The notes under the pieces are model-generated. The model had not been told where the DNA came from, searched no databases, and worked only from the letters and a program-made list of their open reading frames with translations. From an uncultured delta proteobacterium (GTDB lineage Bacteria; Myxococcota_A; Polyangia; Polyangiales; B10-G4), in the NCBI GenBank assembly GCA_963727445.1, contig CAVSGI010000027.1:224001-288000 (forward strand): 64,000 nt of DNA. The letters are read 5' to 3'. A program made the translations under genes and the position numbers. Of the stretch, positions 48,483 to 57,791 are shown piece after piece (the stretch's first letter is position 1; each line of letters starts with the position of its first letter).

Positions 48483-48883
48483 TTCACCACCGTGACGGAG
48501 GTGCCACCGCCCACGGTCGTTTCGATGCTGAACTCGTCCACGAGCCGGCGGCTCCCCGAGACCCCCAAGCCCAGGGTCCGCGCGGTGCTGTGCCCTCCGG
48601 CGAGGACCCGATCGAGGTCCGCGATCCCCGGCCCTTCGTCGCGAAATTCGACCCGGATGCCCTGTTGCGGGCCCTTCACCACGTGCTCGACCTGGGCCAC
48701 CCCTCCCCCAGCGTGAACCCAGACGTTTCGGCTGAGCTCGGAGGTGGCGGTGGTGATGGCGGCGATGGCGAAGGGGTCGAAGTCGAGCTTCTCCGCCAGC
48801 ACCCGCACCTTGCGCCGGGTGAGCACGATCTGGTCTTCCGACTCGATCGCGGTCTGCTCGCTCGTCTCGACACGCAGGGTCAT
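48464..48883 (-). CDS. rsbT: Stressosome kinase RsbT
   Basis: TATSELSRN..HAGGG, DEGPGIAD, GHST...LGLGVSGSRRLVDEF. Confidence 0.9.
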   Translation of the reverse strand: MTLRVETSEQTAIESEDQIVLTRRKVRVLAEKLDFDPFAIAAITTATSELSRNVWVHAGGGVAQVEHVVKGPQQGIRVEFRDEGPGIADLDRVLAGGHSTARTLGLGVSGSRRLVDEFSIETTVGGGTSVTVVKWKRTR

Positions 48884-48888
48884 CGGAC

Positions 48889-49266
48889 TCAACCGTGGTG
48901 TTGCTTCGAGCTCTTCTCGAGCAGGGCCAGACCGGCGTCGACGTTGAGTGCCGTGCGCACGCCTTCCATCCGAAAGCCCATCCGCACCAGGGTGGCCGCC
49001 ACCACCGGCCGCATCCCGACCACCACCGTCTGGGTCCCCATGAGCGCCGCCATGCTCCCCGTGTTGGCGATGACGCGCGCGACGTAGCTGTCCACCATGT
49101 CGAGGCCGGTGATGTCGATCAGAAGCCCGGTGGCGCCAGTGGACGCGATCTTCTCGAGGATGTCCTCCTGGAAGGCGTCGGCGTTCGTGTCGCCGAGCTC
49201 GACCTGGATGGATGCGAGGAGCGTGGAGCCGATCTGGAGGACCGGGATGGGCCCATGCGCGCTCAT
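48889..49266 (-). CDS. rsbS: Stressosome STAS protein RsbS
   Basis: IPVLQIG..LLASIQ, LIDITGLDMVDSY (phosphorylatable Ser), GMRPVVAATLV.MG. Confidence 0.9.
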   Translation of the reverse strand: MSAHGPIPVLQIGSTLLASIQVELGDTNADAFQEDILEKIASTGATGLLIDITGLDMVDSYVARVIANTGSMAALMGTQTVVVGMRPVVAATLVRMGFRMEGVRTALNVDAGLALLEKSSKQHHG

Positions 49267-50195
49267 CGAGCCGCTCCCGACGGCGGCGGCGCCACTCGGC
49301 TCCCGACGATCTCGAACGCGAGCTCGAGGGCGGCCGCGAGCTGCCCTCGGGTGTGCATGGAGGAGATGTCCATCCCGAGATTGACGATCGTCTTCGCGAT
49401 CGTCGGCGAGATTCCGGAGAGGATCGTCTTCGCACCGAGCAACCGAACCGCCTCGGTGGTCTTGATCAGGTGGTCGGCGACCTTGGTGTCGACGACCGGG
49501 ACACCGGCGATGTCGATGATGATCGCGTGGGCCTGTTTCGCCGCGATCTCCACCAGCACCGTCTCCATGAGCTGGTCGGCGCGATGGGTGTCGATCGAGC
49601 CGATGAGCGGCAAGAGCAGGACCTTTTCGTGGATCTCGATCACCGGGGTCGACATCTCGCGGATCGCCGCCTGGTGTCGCGCGAGCGCGTCGAGCTGCGC
49701 CGCGATGTAGCTGTCCATGGCCAGAGCCATGTCGAAGGCGACGAGCTTCTCGATGCTCCGGTACATCGCTCGCGCTTCTCCTGGCTCGGGGAGCTCCTCG
49801 TCGAGCCAGGTGTGGACCGAACGCAGGTAGCGGGCGTAGGCGCCGATATACCACTTGGGCGGGATGCCGACGCGCTCGTGAGCGATGCCGATGCGGAGTC
49901 GATCCATCGCATACGAAAGATCGCAGCGCCCTTCGAAGAGCCCGAGAAAGTAGTCGCGCTGCGCGCGCTTGACCCGGACGAGGGTGCCTCGGTCGCTGAA
50001 GTGTCTACGAGCGTCGTCGTGACCCAGGATCAGCTCGTAGAGGTCCTCGACGATGGCCTCGGTGTTCTTCTCGGCCACGCTCTTGAGGCTCGCCAATCGC
50101 TCGAGGTCCTCTGGCTCGATCTCGAAGAACGCGATGCGGCTCTTCACCTCCGCGTCATCGAGCCCGATCTTGTCCATGAAGTATTCGAGCGACAT
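49263..50195 (-). CDS. rsbR: Globin-coupled stressosome sensor RsbR (sensor globin + STAS)
   Basis: Globin: EDLY (B10 Tyr), RHF (CD1 Phe), RIGIAHERVGIPPKWY (proximal His). STAS: STPVI, LPLIGSIDT, DIAGVPVVDT. Confidence 0.9.
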   Translation of the reverse strand: MSLEYFMDKIGLDDAEVKSRIAFFEIEPEDLERLASLKSVAEKNTEAIVEDLYELILGHDDARRHFSDRGTLVRVKRAQRDYFLGLFEGRCDLSYAMDRLRIGIAHERVGIPPKWYIGAYARYLRSVHTWLDEELPEPGEARAMYRSIEKLVAFDMALAMDSYIAAQLDALARHQAAIREMSTPVIEIHEKVLLLPLIGSIDTHRADQLMETVLVEIAAKQAHAIIIDIAGVPVVDTKVADHLIKTTEAVRLLGAKTILSGISPTIAKTIVNLGMDISSMHTRGQLAAALELAFEIVGSRVAPPPSGAAR

Positions 50196-50197
50196 GT

Positions 50198-52765
50198 TCA
50201 GCTTTCCCCGTCGAGAGCTTCGCAGATTGCCTTCACCAGCTCCGCCACGTCCAGAGGCTTCGAGACGTGACGAGCTTCGATGCCGAGCTCGGCCACGACG
50301 TCTCCCTCGTGTCCGGTCATCAGAATCGCAGGGACCTGCCCGAGCCGCTCCCGTGCCAGTCGTACGAGCTCGGGCCCTCTGAGACCCGGCATCTCCACGT
50401 CCGCGACCAGAACATCCGTTCCATTCGCCTCGAGCTCCGCCAGCGCTTCGGCGCCGTTCCCCGCCGCGGTCACCACGAACCCCTCGTCCTCGAGAAGGGC
50501 GATCAGCGCGGCGCGGGCGGTCGGCTCGTCCTCGGCAACCAGCACCCGCGCGCCCCGATGGCGAACCGGGTCTCGCTCCTCGGCGGGCGGCTCGCACGGA
50601 ACCATCTCGGACGCCAGAGGCAGCTCGATGGTGAACGTCGTCCCCTCACCGACCCGGCTCTGCACGGAGATCCGGCCGCGATGCGCCTCCACGATCCCCT
50701 TGGCGATGGCCAGGCCCAGGCCGGTTCCCAGGTGCGCGGTCTCCTCCGCCTGCCAGTAGTGGTCGAAGACGTACGGAAGGTCGCCCTCGGCGATCCCCCG
50801 ACCTTCGTCCGTCACGTTCAGGCTCAGCCACCCGGGTGCGCCTTCGTGCGAGGAGACGATGACGCGCCGACCCTTGGTCGTGAACTTGACCGCGTTGGAG
50901 AGAAGGTTCGCGAGCACCTGAATGAGCCGCTCCCGATCGCAATCGACGACGAGGTCGTCCGCGTGGAGCTCGCTCGCGAGAGCCAGGCCCTTCTTGGCGG
51001 CCGAGTCCTCGATGAGCGCCACCGCGTCGTGGACGAGCTTCGAGACGCTCTCGGGACGCGTCGCGATCGACAACCGTCCCTCCTCGATGGCGCTGACGTC
51101 GCGGAGGTCGGCGATCAGCCGGCGCATCAGGCCGACCGCCCGCTCGATGCTCGCCACCAGGTCGAGCACGGCGGGATCCTCGCTCTGGAGCATCTGGCTG
51201 CCCAGCATGATGGTGCTCAGCGGATTCTTCAGGTCGTGTGAAACGATGGCCATGAGCCCATCGCGACTCCGAATCGCTGCGAGAGCCCGCTCGTAGAGCG
51301 ACGCGTTGTCGAGGATCGTGGCGATCCGATCCGCCGCGAGCTCGAGGAGGCGCAGCTCGTCGTAGGCGAACTGGCGAACCCCACCCGAGGCGAGGCAGAG
51401 GACGCCCGCCACGCGGTCGCGAACGCGGAGGGGGGCCCCCAACACCGAATGAACACGCGGCTCGCAACCCGCGTCGGCGGCGAGCTCCCACAGGTCGTCG
51501 AAGAACATCGCTTCGCCCTTCGCCGCGACCTTCCCCGCCACGTCGGGCCCGCAGAGGAGCGCGAGCTCCGCGTCGCCGAGCCCCACGCTGCTTCGATGGC
51601 TGAGCGCCCCTTTGTCCGGGTTCACCAGCAGCACCGTGGCGGCTTCGATCGCGAAGATCTCGCAAAGGGCGCGCAGAACCGCGTCGAGCGATTCATCCAG
51701 GCTCGCGCCCTCGAGCGCGGCGTTGGCGATGGCCTGCAGATCTTCCAGCCTTCGGGTCGCTCGTTGGGCTTCGAAGCGCGCCGCCTCGAGCTCCAGCTGG
51801 TCGTGTCGGCGGTCGAGCGCGACCGCCAGTTGACTCGCCAGGGCGCTCACGAAGAGGAGGTCTTCCTCGTCGATCGCGGCGGCCGCTTCGATCGAGAAGG
51901 CGCCGAAGACCCTGCCGCGGACGACCAGCGGCAAAGTGACGAAGGCGCGCTGCTCCTGGCCTTCCGCCACGCCCCCCGCGAGCGGCGCCCCGCGACTGAC
52001 CACGCTCGAGGGCATCTGCCGACCTGGGGTCAAGTAGCCGAGAACCGCGCGGGCGTGGTCGCGGGCCGCTTCGAGCTCTCCCACGGGCACGCCTTCGGCA
52101 GTCCAGGTCCACATGCTGAGCAGGTCCTGGGTCGTGTCGAGCAGAACGGCGGCTCGAACCGGAAGGGCGTTCGTCAAGACGGGCAGGAGCTCGTCGCAGG
52201 CCTTCTCGACGCCATGGGAGCGCGATAGGACGCGCTGCGTCGCGTACAGACCCGCGAGCCGTCCGTAGTCCGACGGGATGGGGAACGCTTCGACATCCGT
52301 CGCGCCAGACGACCGCCCTCGCCCCTTCTTCGTGGCGACAACGCCCGACGCGACGTGCTGTCTTTGGTCGGGCGCGATGATCGCACGGAGCGCTGGCTCG
52401 AGCACTCGACCGGAGAGCTCGCCCAGCACCCCGAGCAGCGCCACGAGGGTCTCCGCCAGAGCGTCCTCGCCGATCCCCGACGAGTGGGCGAGGCGGAGCC
52501 CACGTGCGTCGACCTCGGCGGAGCGCAGACCCGGAAACCTCTCCGCGACGTTGGCGACGACCGCCCGGACGATCGGCGCGAGCATCCCGTCTCCGAGGAC
52601 GAGGGCAGCGCGCTGACCGATCGCGGCGCAGGCGCGCTCGAAGGCTTCGACGACGGACCCGGTCCGCGCCTGGTCCAACCACCCATCGACAAGAGCGCGC
52701 CGCTCTCCCTCGTCGAAGACGAGGGACGACTCTGGCGCCGGAGGTGCCGCTGGAGCGTCCGTCAT
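50198..52765 (-). CDS. Hybrid sensor histidine kinase (2x GAF, HisKA, HATPase, REC)
   Basis: SHDLKNPL, NLLSNAVKFT, DEGRGI, GTGLGL; receiver VLVAEDE...DVEMPG; two GAF-like segments. Confidence 0.9.
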   Translation of the reverse strand: MTDAPAAPPAPESSLVFDEGERRALVDGWLDQARTGSVVEAFERACAAIGQRAALVLGDGMLAPIVRAVVANVAERFPGLRSAEVDARGLRLAHSSGIGEDALAETLVALLGVLGELSGRVLEPALRAIIAPDQRQHVASGVVATKKGRGRSSGATDVEAFPIPSDYGRLAGLYATQRVLSRSHGVEKACDELLPVLTNALPVRAAVLLDTTQDLLSMWTWTAEGVPVGELEAARDHARAVLGYLTPGRQMPSSVVSRGAPLAGGVAEGQEQRAFVTLPLVVRGRVFGAFSIEAAAAIDEEDLLFVSALASQLAVALDRRHDQLELEAARFEAQRATRRLEDLQAIANAALEGASLDESLDAVLRALCEIFAIEAATVLLVNPDKGALSHRSSVGLGDAELALLCGPDVAGKVAAKGEAMFFDDLWELAADAGCEPRVHSVLGAPLRVRDRVAGVLCLASGGVRQFAYDELRLLELAADRIATILDNASLYERALAAIRSRDGLMAIVSHDLKNPLSTIMLGSQMLQSEDPAVLDLVASIERAVGLMRRLIADLRDVSAIEEGRLSIATRPESVSKLVHDAVALIEDSAAKKGLALASELHADDLVVDCDRERLIQVLANLLSNAVKFTTKGRRVIVSSHEGAPGWLSLNVTDEGRGIAEGDLPYVFDHYWQAEETAHLGTGLGLAIAKGIVEAHRGRISVQSRVGEGTTFTIELPLASEMVPCEPPAEERDPVRHRGARVLVAEDEPTARAALIALLEDEGFVVTAAGNGAEALAELEANGTDVLVADVEMPGLRGPELVRLARERLGQVPAILMTGHEGDVVAELGIEARHVSKPLDVAELVKAICEALDGES

Positions 52766-52881
52766 CGCTGCGGCAGATGCTGTCCCATGCAGCGAATCCA
52801 GGGCACCCACAGGTTTGGGGATTCTCGGCGCCGGATGGCGTGAGGACGCCCGTCCCCATCCGAATTCGAGGACGAGAGCAC

Positions 52882-53526
52882 TCAGCCGTCGAGCGCTGTC
52901 AAACCCTCGCGAACTGCGTATTTCGTGAGCTCGGCGACGGTGCGAAGCCCGAGCTTGCCGGCGATCTGACGCCGGTGGGTGTCGACGGTGGAGACCGCGA
53001 CGTGGAGTCGGTCGCCGATCTCCTTCGAGGTGCAGCCCTCTGCGAGGAGCTGGAGCACCTCCCGCTCACGCTTGGAAAGCACGCTCTGATCCGCGGCGTG
53101 TCCGACTGCGCTGTCGACCACCAGACCGGCGATCGCGGAGCTGAGGTAGGTGCCCCCTCGGTCGACGGCGTCGATGGCGCGCAGGAGCTCGTCGGCCGCG
53201 GCATCCTTGAGGAGATACCCCGAGGCCCCCGCCGAGAGCATCGCCAGGACGTATCGCCGATCGGCGCTCATCGAGAGACCGATGACCTTGACGTCGGGGA
53301 ACGACTCGACGATTTGCCGCGTCGCGTCGACGCCGTTGAGCCCGCGCATCGACACGTCCATCACCACGATGTCGGGACGCGCCTCACGCACGACCTCGAT
53401 GGCTTCGCGCCCATCCGCCGCCTCGCCGACCACCGCGACTTCCAGCTGCTTCTCCAGTATCGCGCGCAGCCCGTCGCGCATGATCTGGTGGTCGTCGACC
53501 AGTGCCACCCTCGTCATCGGAGCCAT
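52882..53526 (-). CDS. NarL/LuxR-family response regulator (start may be 53517)
   Basis: ALVDDH, VMDVSM, GYLLK, LSKREREVLQLLAEG...EIG..L.....TV.THR. Confidence 0.93.
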   Translation of the reverse strand: MAPMTRVALVDDHQIMRDGLRAILEKQLEVAVVGEAADGREAIEVVREARPDIVVMDVSMRGLNGVDATRQIVESFPDVKVIGLSMSADRRYVLAMLSAGASGYLLKDAAADELLRAIDAVDRGGTYLSSAIAGLVVDSAVGHAADQSVLSKREREVLQLLAEGCTSKEIGDRLHVAVSTVDTHRRQIAGKLGLRTVAELTKYAVREGLTALDG

Positions 53527-53612
53527 CGAAGCAAGAGGTTCCCCGAGTTCGCTTTCGCGTGCAAGGCGGAGCGCGCCTGGGAATCGGACGGCTTTCGCGC
53601 CAGACTTCGCCC

Positions 53613-55211
53613 ATGCCGCCTCCCCCGCTCACCGACCATCGGGCATTCAGCGCCGTGTTCGACCACGCGACCGAAGGGATCTTCCTGGCGGACGACGACG
53701 CTCACTACCTGAGGGTCAACCCCGCGGGGGAAGGGTTGACCGGCTACTCGGTCGAAGAGCTTCGCGCACTCACCGTCTTCGACCTCACCCCGGAGGCAGA
53801 CCGGGAGCAGGGCCTCGCCATGTGGCGCGAGTTCATCCGAAAGGGCACGCTCTCGGGCGACTACGCGCTGACCCGCAAGGACGGGACCGTGGTCGAGGTG
53901 GCCTTCGAAGCGGTCGCGAACATCATGCCGGGCATTCACCTCTCCGTCATGCGGGACGTGACGGCTCGGACCCGCCACCGCCGTCGCTCGGAGCAGCTCC
54001 TCGAAGCGAGCGCAGCCATGAGCGCAGCCGCGAGCACCGAGGAGGTCGCCAACGTGATCCTCGAGGCCGGCCTGAAGCTCTTGGGCGCCCGCTCGGGGCA
54101 CGTCCTCGCCCTGGTCGACGACGGGCGTTGGATGGAGCTGGTCGCGCGCATCGGGATGCCGGACCCGGAGCCGTGGTGGAACGCGGCCGCCGAAGCGAGA
54201 GGCCAGACGCCGAGGCTCGTCGACGGTCGCCCACGCTACGCGCTGGACTCCGTGGGTGTGCTCGAATCCATCTTTCGCTCGGGCGAATCGATCCACGTCA
54301 CAGACGTCGAGGAGATCGATCCGGAGGGGAGCTTTCCCGAGCTCCGTGATCTCGGTCACACCTGCGCCTGCCTTCCCCTCGTCGTCAGCGGCAAGCTCGT
54401 CGGGGGCCTCTACCTCTTCTGGGACGAGGACCGGGTCCCGAACGAAAGCGACAGGGCGCTCGCCGCCACCCTGGCGGGGCTCTGCGGCCAGGCCCTCGCC
54501 CGGGCGCGCCTGTTCACCGCGGAGCACGAGGCGCGACAACGCGCCGTGGAGTCGGAGGAGAAGCTGAAAAGCATGGCGTTCGACCACGTCCTGCGGGAAG
54601 AAGCGGAGCGTCGTCATTTGGCGATCACCCTTCACGACGGCCTCGGCCAGCACCTGGCCCTCGCAAAGATGGCCCTGAATCCTCTCCGGCAAAAAGCGAC
54701 CGGGGCCGACCGCACTGCCCTCGACTCCGCCATCGACCTCATCGACAAGTCGATCGACGAAACGCGCTCGATCAGCTTCGAGCTGAGCCCACCGATCTTG
54801 TACGACCTCGGAATCGCCTCTGCGCTCTGTTGGCTCGCCGAGAAACTGGAGGCGGAGGTGGGCCTGCGTGTGGAGGTGATCCACGGCGGAGTCGAGCCTC
54901 CGGTGGACGAAGTCACCGCGTCGATCGCCTTCCGGGCCGTACGCGAGCTCTTGATCAACGTCGTCAAGCACACCTCTGGGATGAAGGCGAAAGTCACGAT
55001 CCGACCATCCACGTCGGTGCTGGAGATCGTCGTCGACGACGAGGGCGACGGATTCGACCCCTCCGACCCGTCCACCGCCGGCTTCGGCCTCATGAGCATC
55101 CGCCAGGAGATCGGACGGCTGGGTGGAACCGTCGCCATCACCTCGAGCGTGGCCGGCACGCGTGCTGCCATTCGCGTGCCGATGCGCCCGAAGCCCCCGA
55201 ACGGCGTGTAA
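53613..55211 (+). CDS. PAS-GAF sensor histidine kinase, HisKA_3 (NarX/UhpB-like) class
   Basis: PAS (VNPA...TGYS.EEL), GAF, ERRHLAITLHDGLGQ, ELLINVVKH, DEGDGF, GFGL; divergent from the NarL-type regulator. Confidence 0.88.
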   Translation: MPPPPLTDHRAFSAVFDHATEGIFLADDDAHYLRVNPAGEGLTGYSVEELRALTVFDLTPEADREQGLAMWREFIRKGTLSGDYALTRKDGTVVEVAFEAVANIMPGIHLSVMRDVTARTRHRRRSEQLLEASAAMSAAASTEEVANVILEAGLKLLGARSGHVLALVDDGRWMELVARIGMPDPEPWWNAAAEARGQTPRLVDGRPRYALDSVGVLESIFRSGESIHVTDVEEIDPEGSFPELRDLGHTCACLPLVVSGKLVGGLYLFWDEDRVPNESDRALAATLAGLCGQALARARLFTAEHEARQRAVESEEKLKSMAFDHVLREEAERRHLAITLHDGLGQHLALAKMALNPLRQKATGADRTALDSAIDLIDKSIDETRSISFELSPPILYDLGIASALCWLAEKLEAEVGLRVEVIHGGVEPPVDEVTASIAFRAVRELLINVVKHTSGMKAKVTIRPSTSVLEIVVDDEGDGFDPSDPSTAGFGLMSIRQEIGRLGGTVAITSSVAGTRAAIRVPMRPKPPNGV

Positions 55212-55254
55212 CACGGTGGCCTCTGGCCGAGCTGTGTTCATATGGAGAGCATCG

Positions 55255-56592
55255 ATGGCCGGCGATCGGAAGAACACACTGCCCACGCATCGCGTAGGCC
55301 CGGCCAGCAGCGTGCGCGAGGCGATGCGGGCGGACTACCCGGAGCCCGGCACCCTCATCGACGGCACCTATCGGGTCCTCGAACAGCTCGGCGAGGGCGG
55401 GATGGGCGTAGTGCTCCACGGGCGCGACGAAAAGCTCGACCGTGACGTGGCGATCAAGCTGATCCATCCGGAGCAGCACCTTCAGAACAAGTCGCAGACG
55501 CAGTTTCTCGAAGAGGCGCGGGCGATGGCGCGCATTCGTCATCCGAACGTCGTCGAGATCTACTCCTTCGGGCACATCGGGCGCGCGCCTTACTTCGTGA
55601 TGGAGTACGTGCCGGGCTCGGACCTCGAGCGCTTCCTGGCCGAGCGGGGCGGCCCGCCGTCCTCGAGCGAAGCGTGGAACATCCTCGACCAGGCCTGCCG
55701 CGGTGTGCAGGCGATCCACGACACGGGCCACGCGCATCGTGATCTCAAGGCGAGCAACATCCTCGTCGGGCCCGACTTCCGCGTCGCGATCACCGACCTC
55801 GGCCTGGCGCGCGTCGTGGAGCAGCAGGACGAGCAGACCTTCGTCAGTGGGACTCCCGCGTACATGGCGCCAGAGCTCATCACCGGCGCGAAGATCCCGA
55901 AGGAGCAAGTGCAGAGGGTCGATGTGTACGCCCTCGGCATCATCGCGTTCGAAGTCCTCACCGGTCGCTTGCCGTTCGAGAGCGACTCGCTGAACGACCT
56001 GATGACGAAGCAGATCGAAGATCCGCCTCCCTCTCTGGCGACCTTTCGCGAGGGCATCCCCGCTGGCTTCGACGAGGCCATCCGCGGCGCGCTCGCGAAG
56101 AAGCCCGCAAAGAGAACCCGGAGCGTCGAGGCGTTCCGCAGCGAGCTCGAGCGCGCGTGGCTTTCGCATCGTGAGCCCGACGACGACCTCTACTTCCTCG
56201 TCGCCGACGACAACGAGGATTTTCGCTCGCTCATCGCCATGACTCTCAGGCGGGCGTTTCCCGAGGCGCGCGTCGAGACGGTGGGCGACGGCGAGGCCGC
56301 GTTGGCGGCGTGTCGGCGAGAGACGCCGGACCTGCTGGTGAGCGACCTGGACATGCCCAAGATGAATGGCCTCGAGCTCACCGCGGCGCTCCGGGAGAAC
56401 GAAGCGACCCGTCAGCTGCCCATCGTGATCGCGACCGGGGTCGGTGGCCCGAGCGACTGGCGGGTGCTGTCGCGGCTCGGCGCGGACAGCTTCATGATCA
56501 AGCCCTTCGATGCGATCCAGCTGGTCAGCATCGCCGAGAACCTGGTCGCCCGTGAGGCGGCCTGGCGGCCGAAGAAGGCTCAGAGTCGCTGA
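55255..56592 (+). CDS. Ser/Thr protein kinase with C-terminal response-regulator receiver domain
   Basis: GEGGMGVV, VAIK, HRDLKASN, DLGLA, GTPAYMAPE; receiver LVADDN...SDLDMP...IKPF; GGAG RBS before ATG 55255. Confidence 0.88.
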   Translation: MAGDRKNTLPTHRVGPASSVREAMRADYPEPGTLIDGTYRVLEQLGEGGMGVVLHGRDEKLDRDVAIKLIHPEQHLQNKSQTQFLEEARAMARIRHPNVVEIYSFGHIGRAPYFVMEYVPGSDLERFLAERGGPPSSSEAWNILDQACRGVQAIHDTGHAHRDLKASNILVGPDFRVAITDLGLARVVEQQDEQTFVSGTPAYMAPELITGAKIPKEQVQRVDVYALGIIAFEVLTGRLPFESDSLNDLMTKQIEDPPPSLATFREGIPAGFDEAIRGALAKKPAKRTRSVEAFRSELERAWLSHREPDDDLYFLVADDNEDFRSLIAMTLRRAFPEARVETVGDGEAALAACRRETPDLLVSDLDMPKMNGLELTAALRENEATRQLPIVIATGVGGPSDWRVLSRLGADSFMIKPFDAIQLVSIAENLVAREAAWRPKKAQSR

Positions 56593-56636
56593 CTCTCGTT
56601 GACACCCCCGGCGGCGAGAGTTACGCACCCTCTCCC

Positions 56637-57789
56637 ATGTCCATGACCGTCACGGAGAGTCAGGAAGCCCTGAAAGAGCTCTCTCAGCGCCTCGCAGCGC
56701 TGGGGAGGTACCTTTGACGTCGACGGCTTACGGCACGAAGTCGACCGCCTCGAAGCGCTGACCGTCCGCGAGGGATTCTGGGACGACAACGACGCCGCCC
56801 AGAAGATCCTGAAAGAGCGCGCCTCCGCCGAGGGCAAGGTCAAGGCCTGGGATAGGCTGACCAAGGAGGTCGAGGCCTCCCTCGAGCTGCTCGAGATGGC
56901 GGCCGCTGAAAACGACCAGGACATGATCGCCGAGGTGGCGGGCCAGATCCCAGAGATCGAAGCGGGAGTCCGCGAGATGGAGATCCAGCGGATGCTCGCA
57001 GGCCCCGAGGACGACTCGGACGCCATCGTGACCATCCACCCCGGCGCCGGCGGCGTCGACGCCCAGGACTGGGCCGAGATGCTGAGCCGCATGTACCTGC
57101 GCTGGGTCGAACGCAAGGGGATGAAGGCGGAGCTGATCAACAATCAACCCGGGGACGAGGCGGGCGTGAAGGAGGTCTCCTTCATCGTCCACGGCGACAA
57201 CGCCTACGGGTTCCTCCGCGCAGAAGGTGGCGTCCATCGCCTCATCCGCATCAGCCCCTTCGACGCCAACGCCCGCCGTCACACCGCCTTCGCCGCCGTC
57301 TACGTCGTCCCCGACCTCGAGGAGGACAACACCGAGATCGAGATCCGCCCCGAAGACCTCAAGACCGACACCTATCGCTCGAGCGGCGCCGGCGGCCAGC
57401 ACGTCAACAAGACCGAGTCGGCGGTGCGCCTCACCCACATCCCCACCGGCATCGTCGTGGCCTGCCAGCAGGAGCGTTCGCAGCACAAGAATCGCGCCAC
57501 CGCAATGAAGATGCTCCGTGGGCGGTTGTACGAGCTGAAGCGCCGAGAGCGGGAAGCGGCGTTCGAGGATGCCTTTGGGGGAGACAAGCAGGACATCGCG
57601 TTCGGGGCTCAGATCCGGACCTACACCCTGCAGCCGTACACGATGGTCAAGGACGAGCGCACCGACCACAAGGTGTCGAACGCGCAGGCGGTGCTCGACG
57701 GAGACCTCGACCCCTTCATCGAGGCCTATCTCCTGATGGCGGCGGACAAGAAGAACGCGAAGACGAAGAACGACTCGGCAGAGGCATAG
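56637..57789 (+). CDS. prfB: Peptide chain release factor 2, expressed via a programmed +1 frameshift at CTT-TGA (56712-56717)
   Basis: Short first frame MSMTVT...LGRYL ending GGGAGG-TAC-CTT-TGA-C; the +1 frame continues DVDGLR..GFWDD..; SPF and GGQ motifs present. Confidence 0.95.
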
Positions 57790-57791
57790 AG

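Noticed and set aside
56637..56896. prfB as a truncated gene or pseudogene
   Set aside because: The break is the canonical programmed frameshift site.
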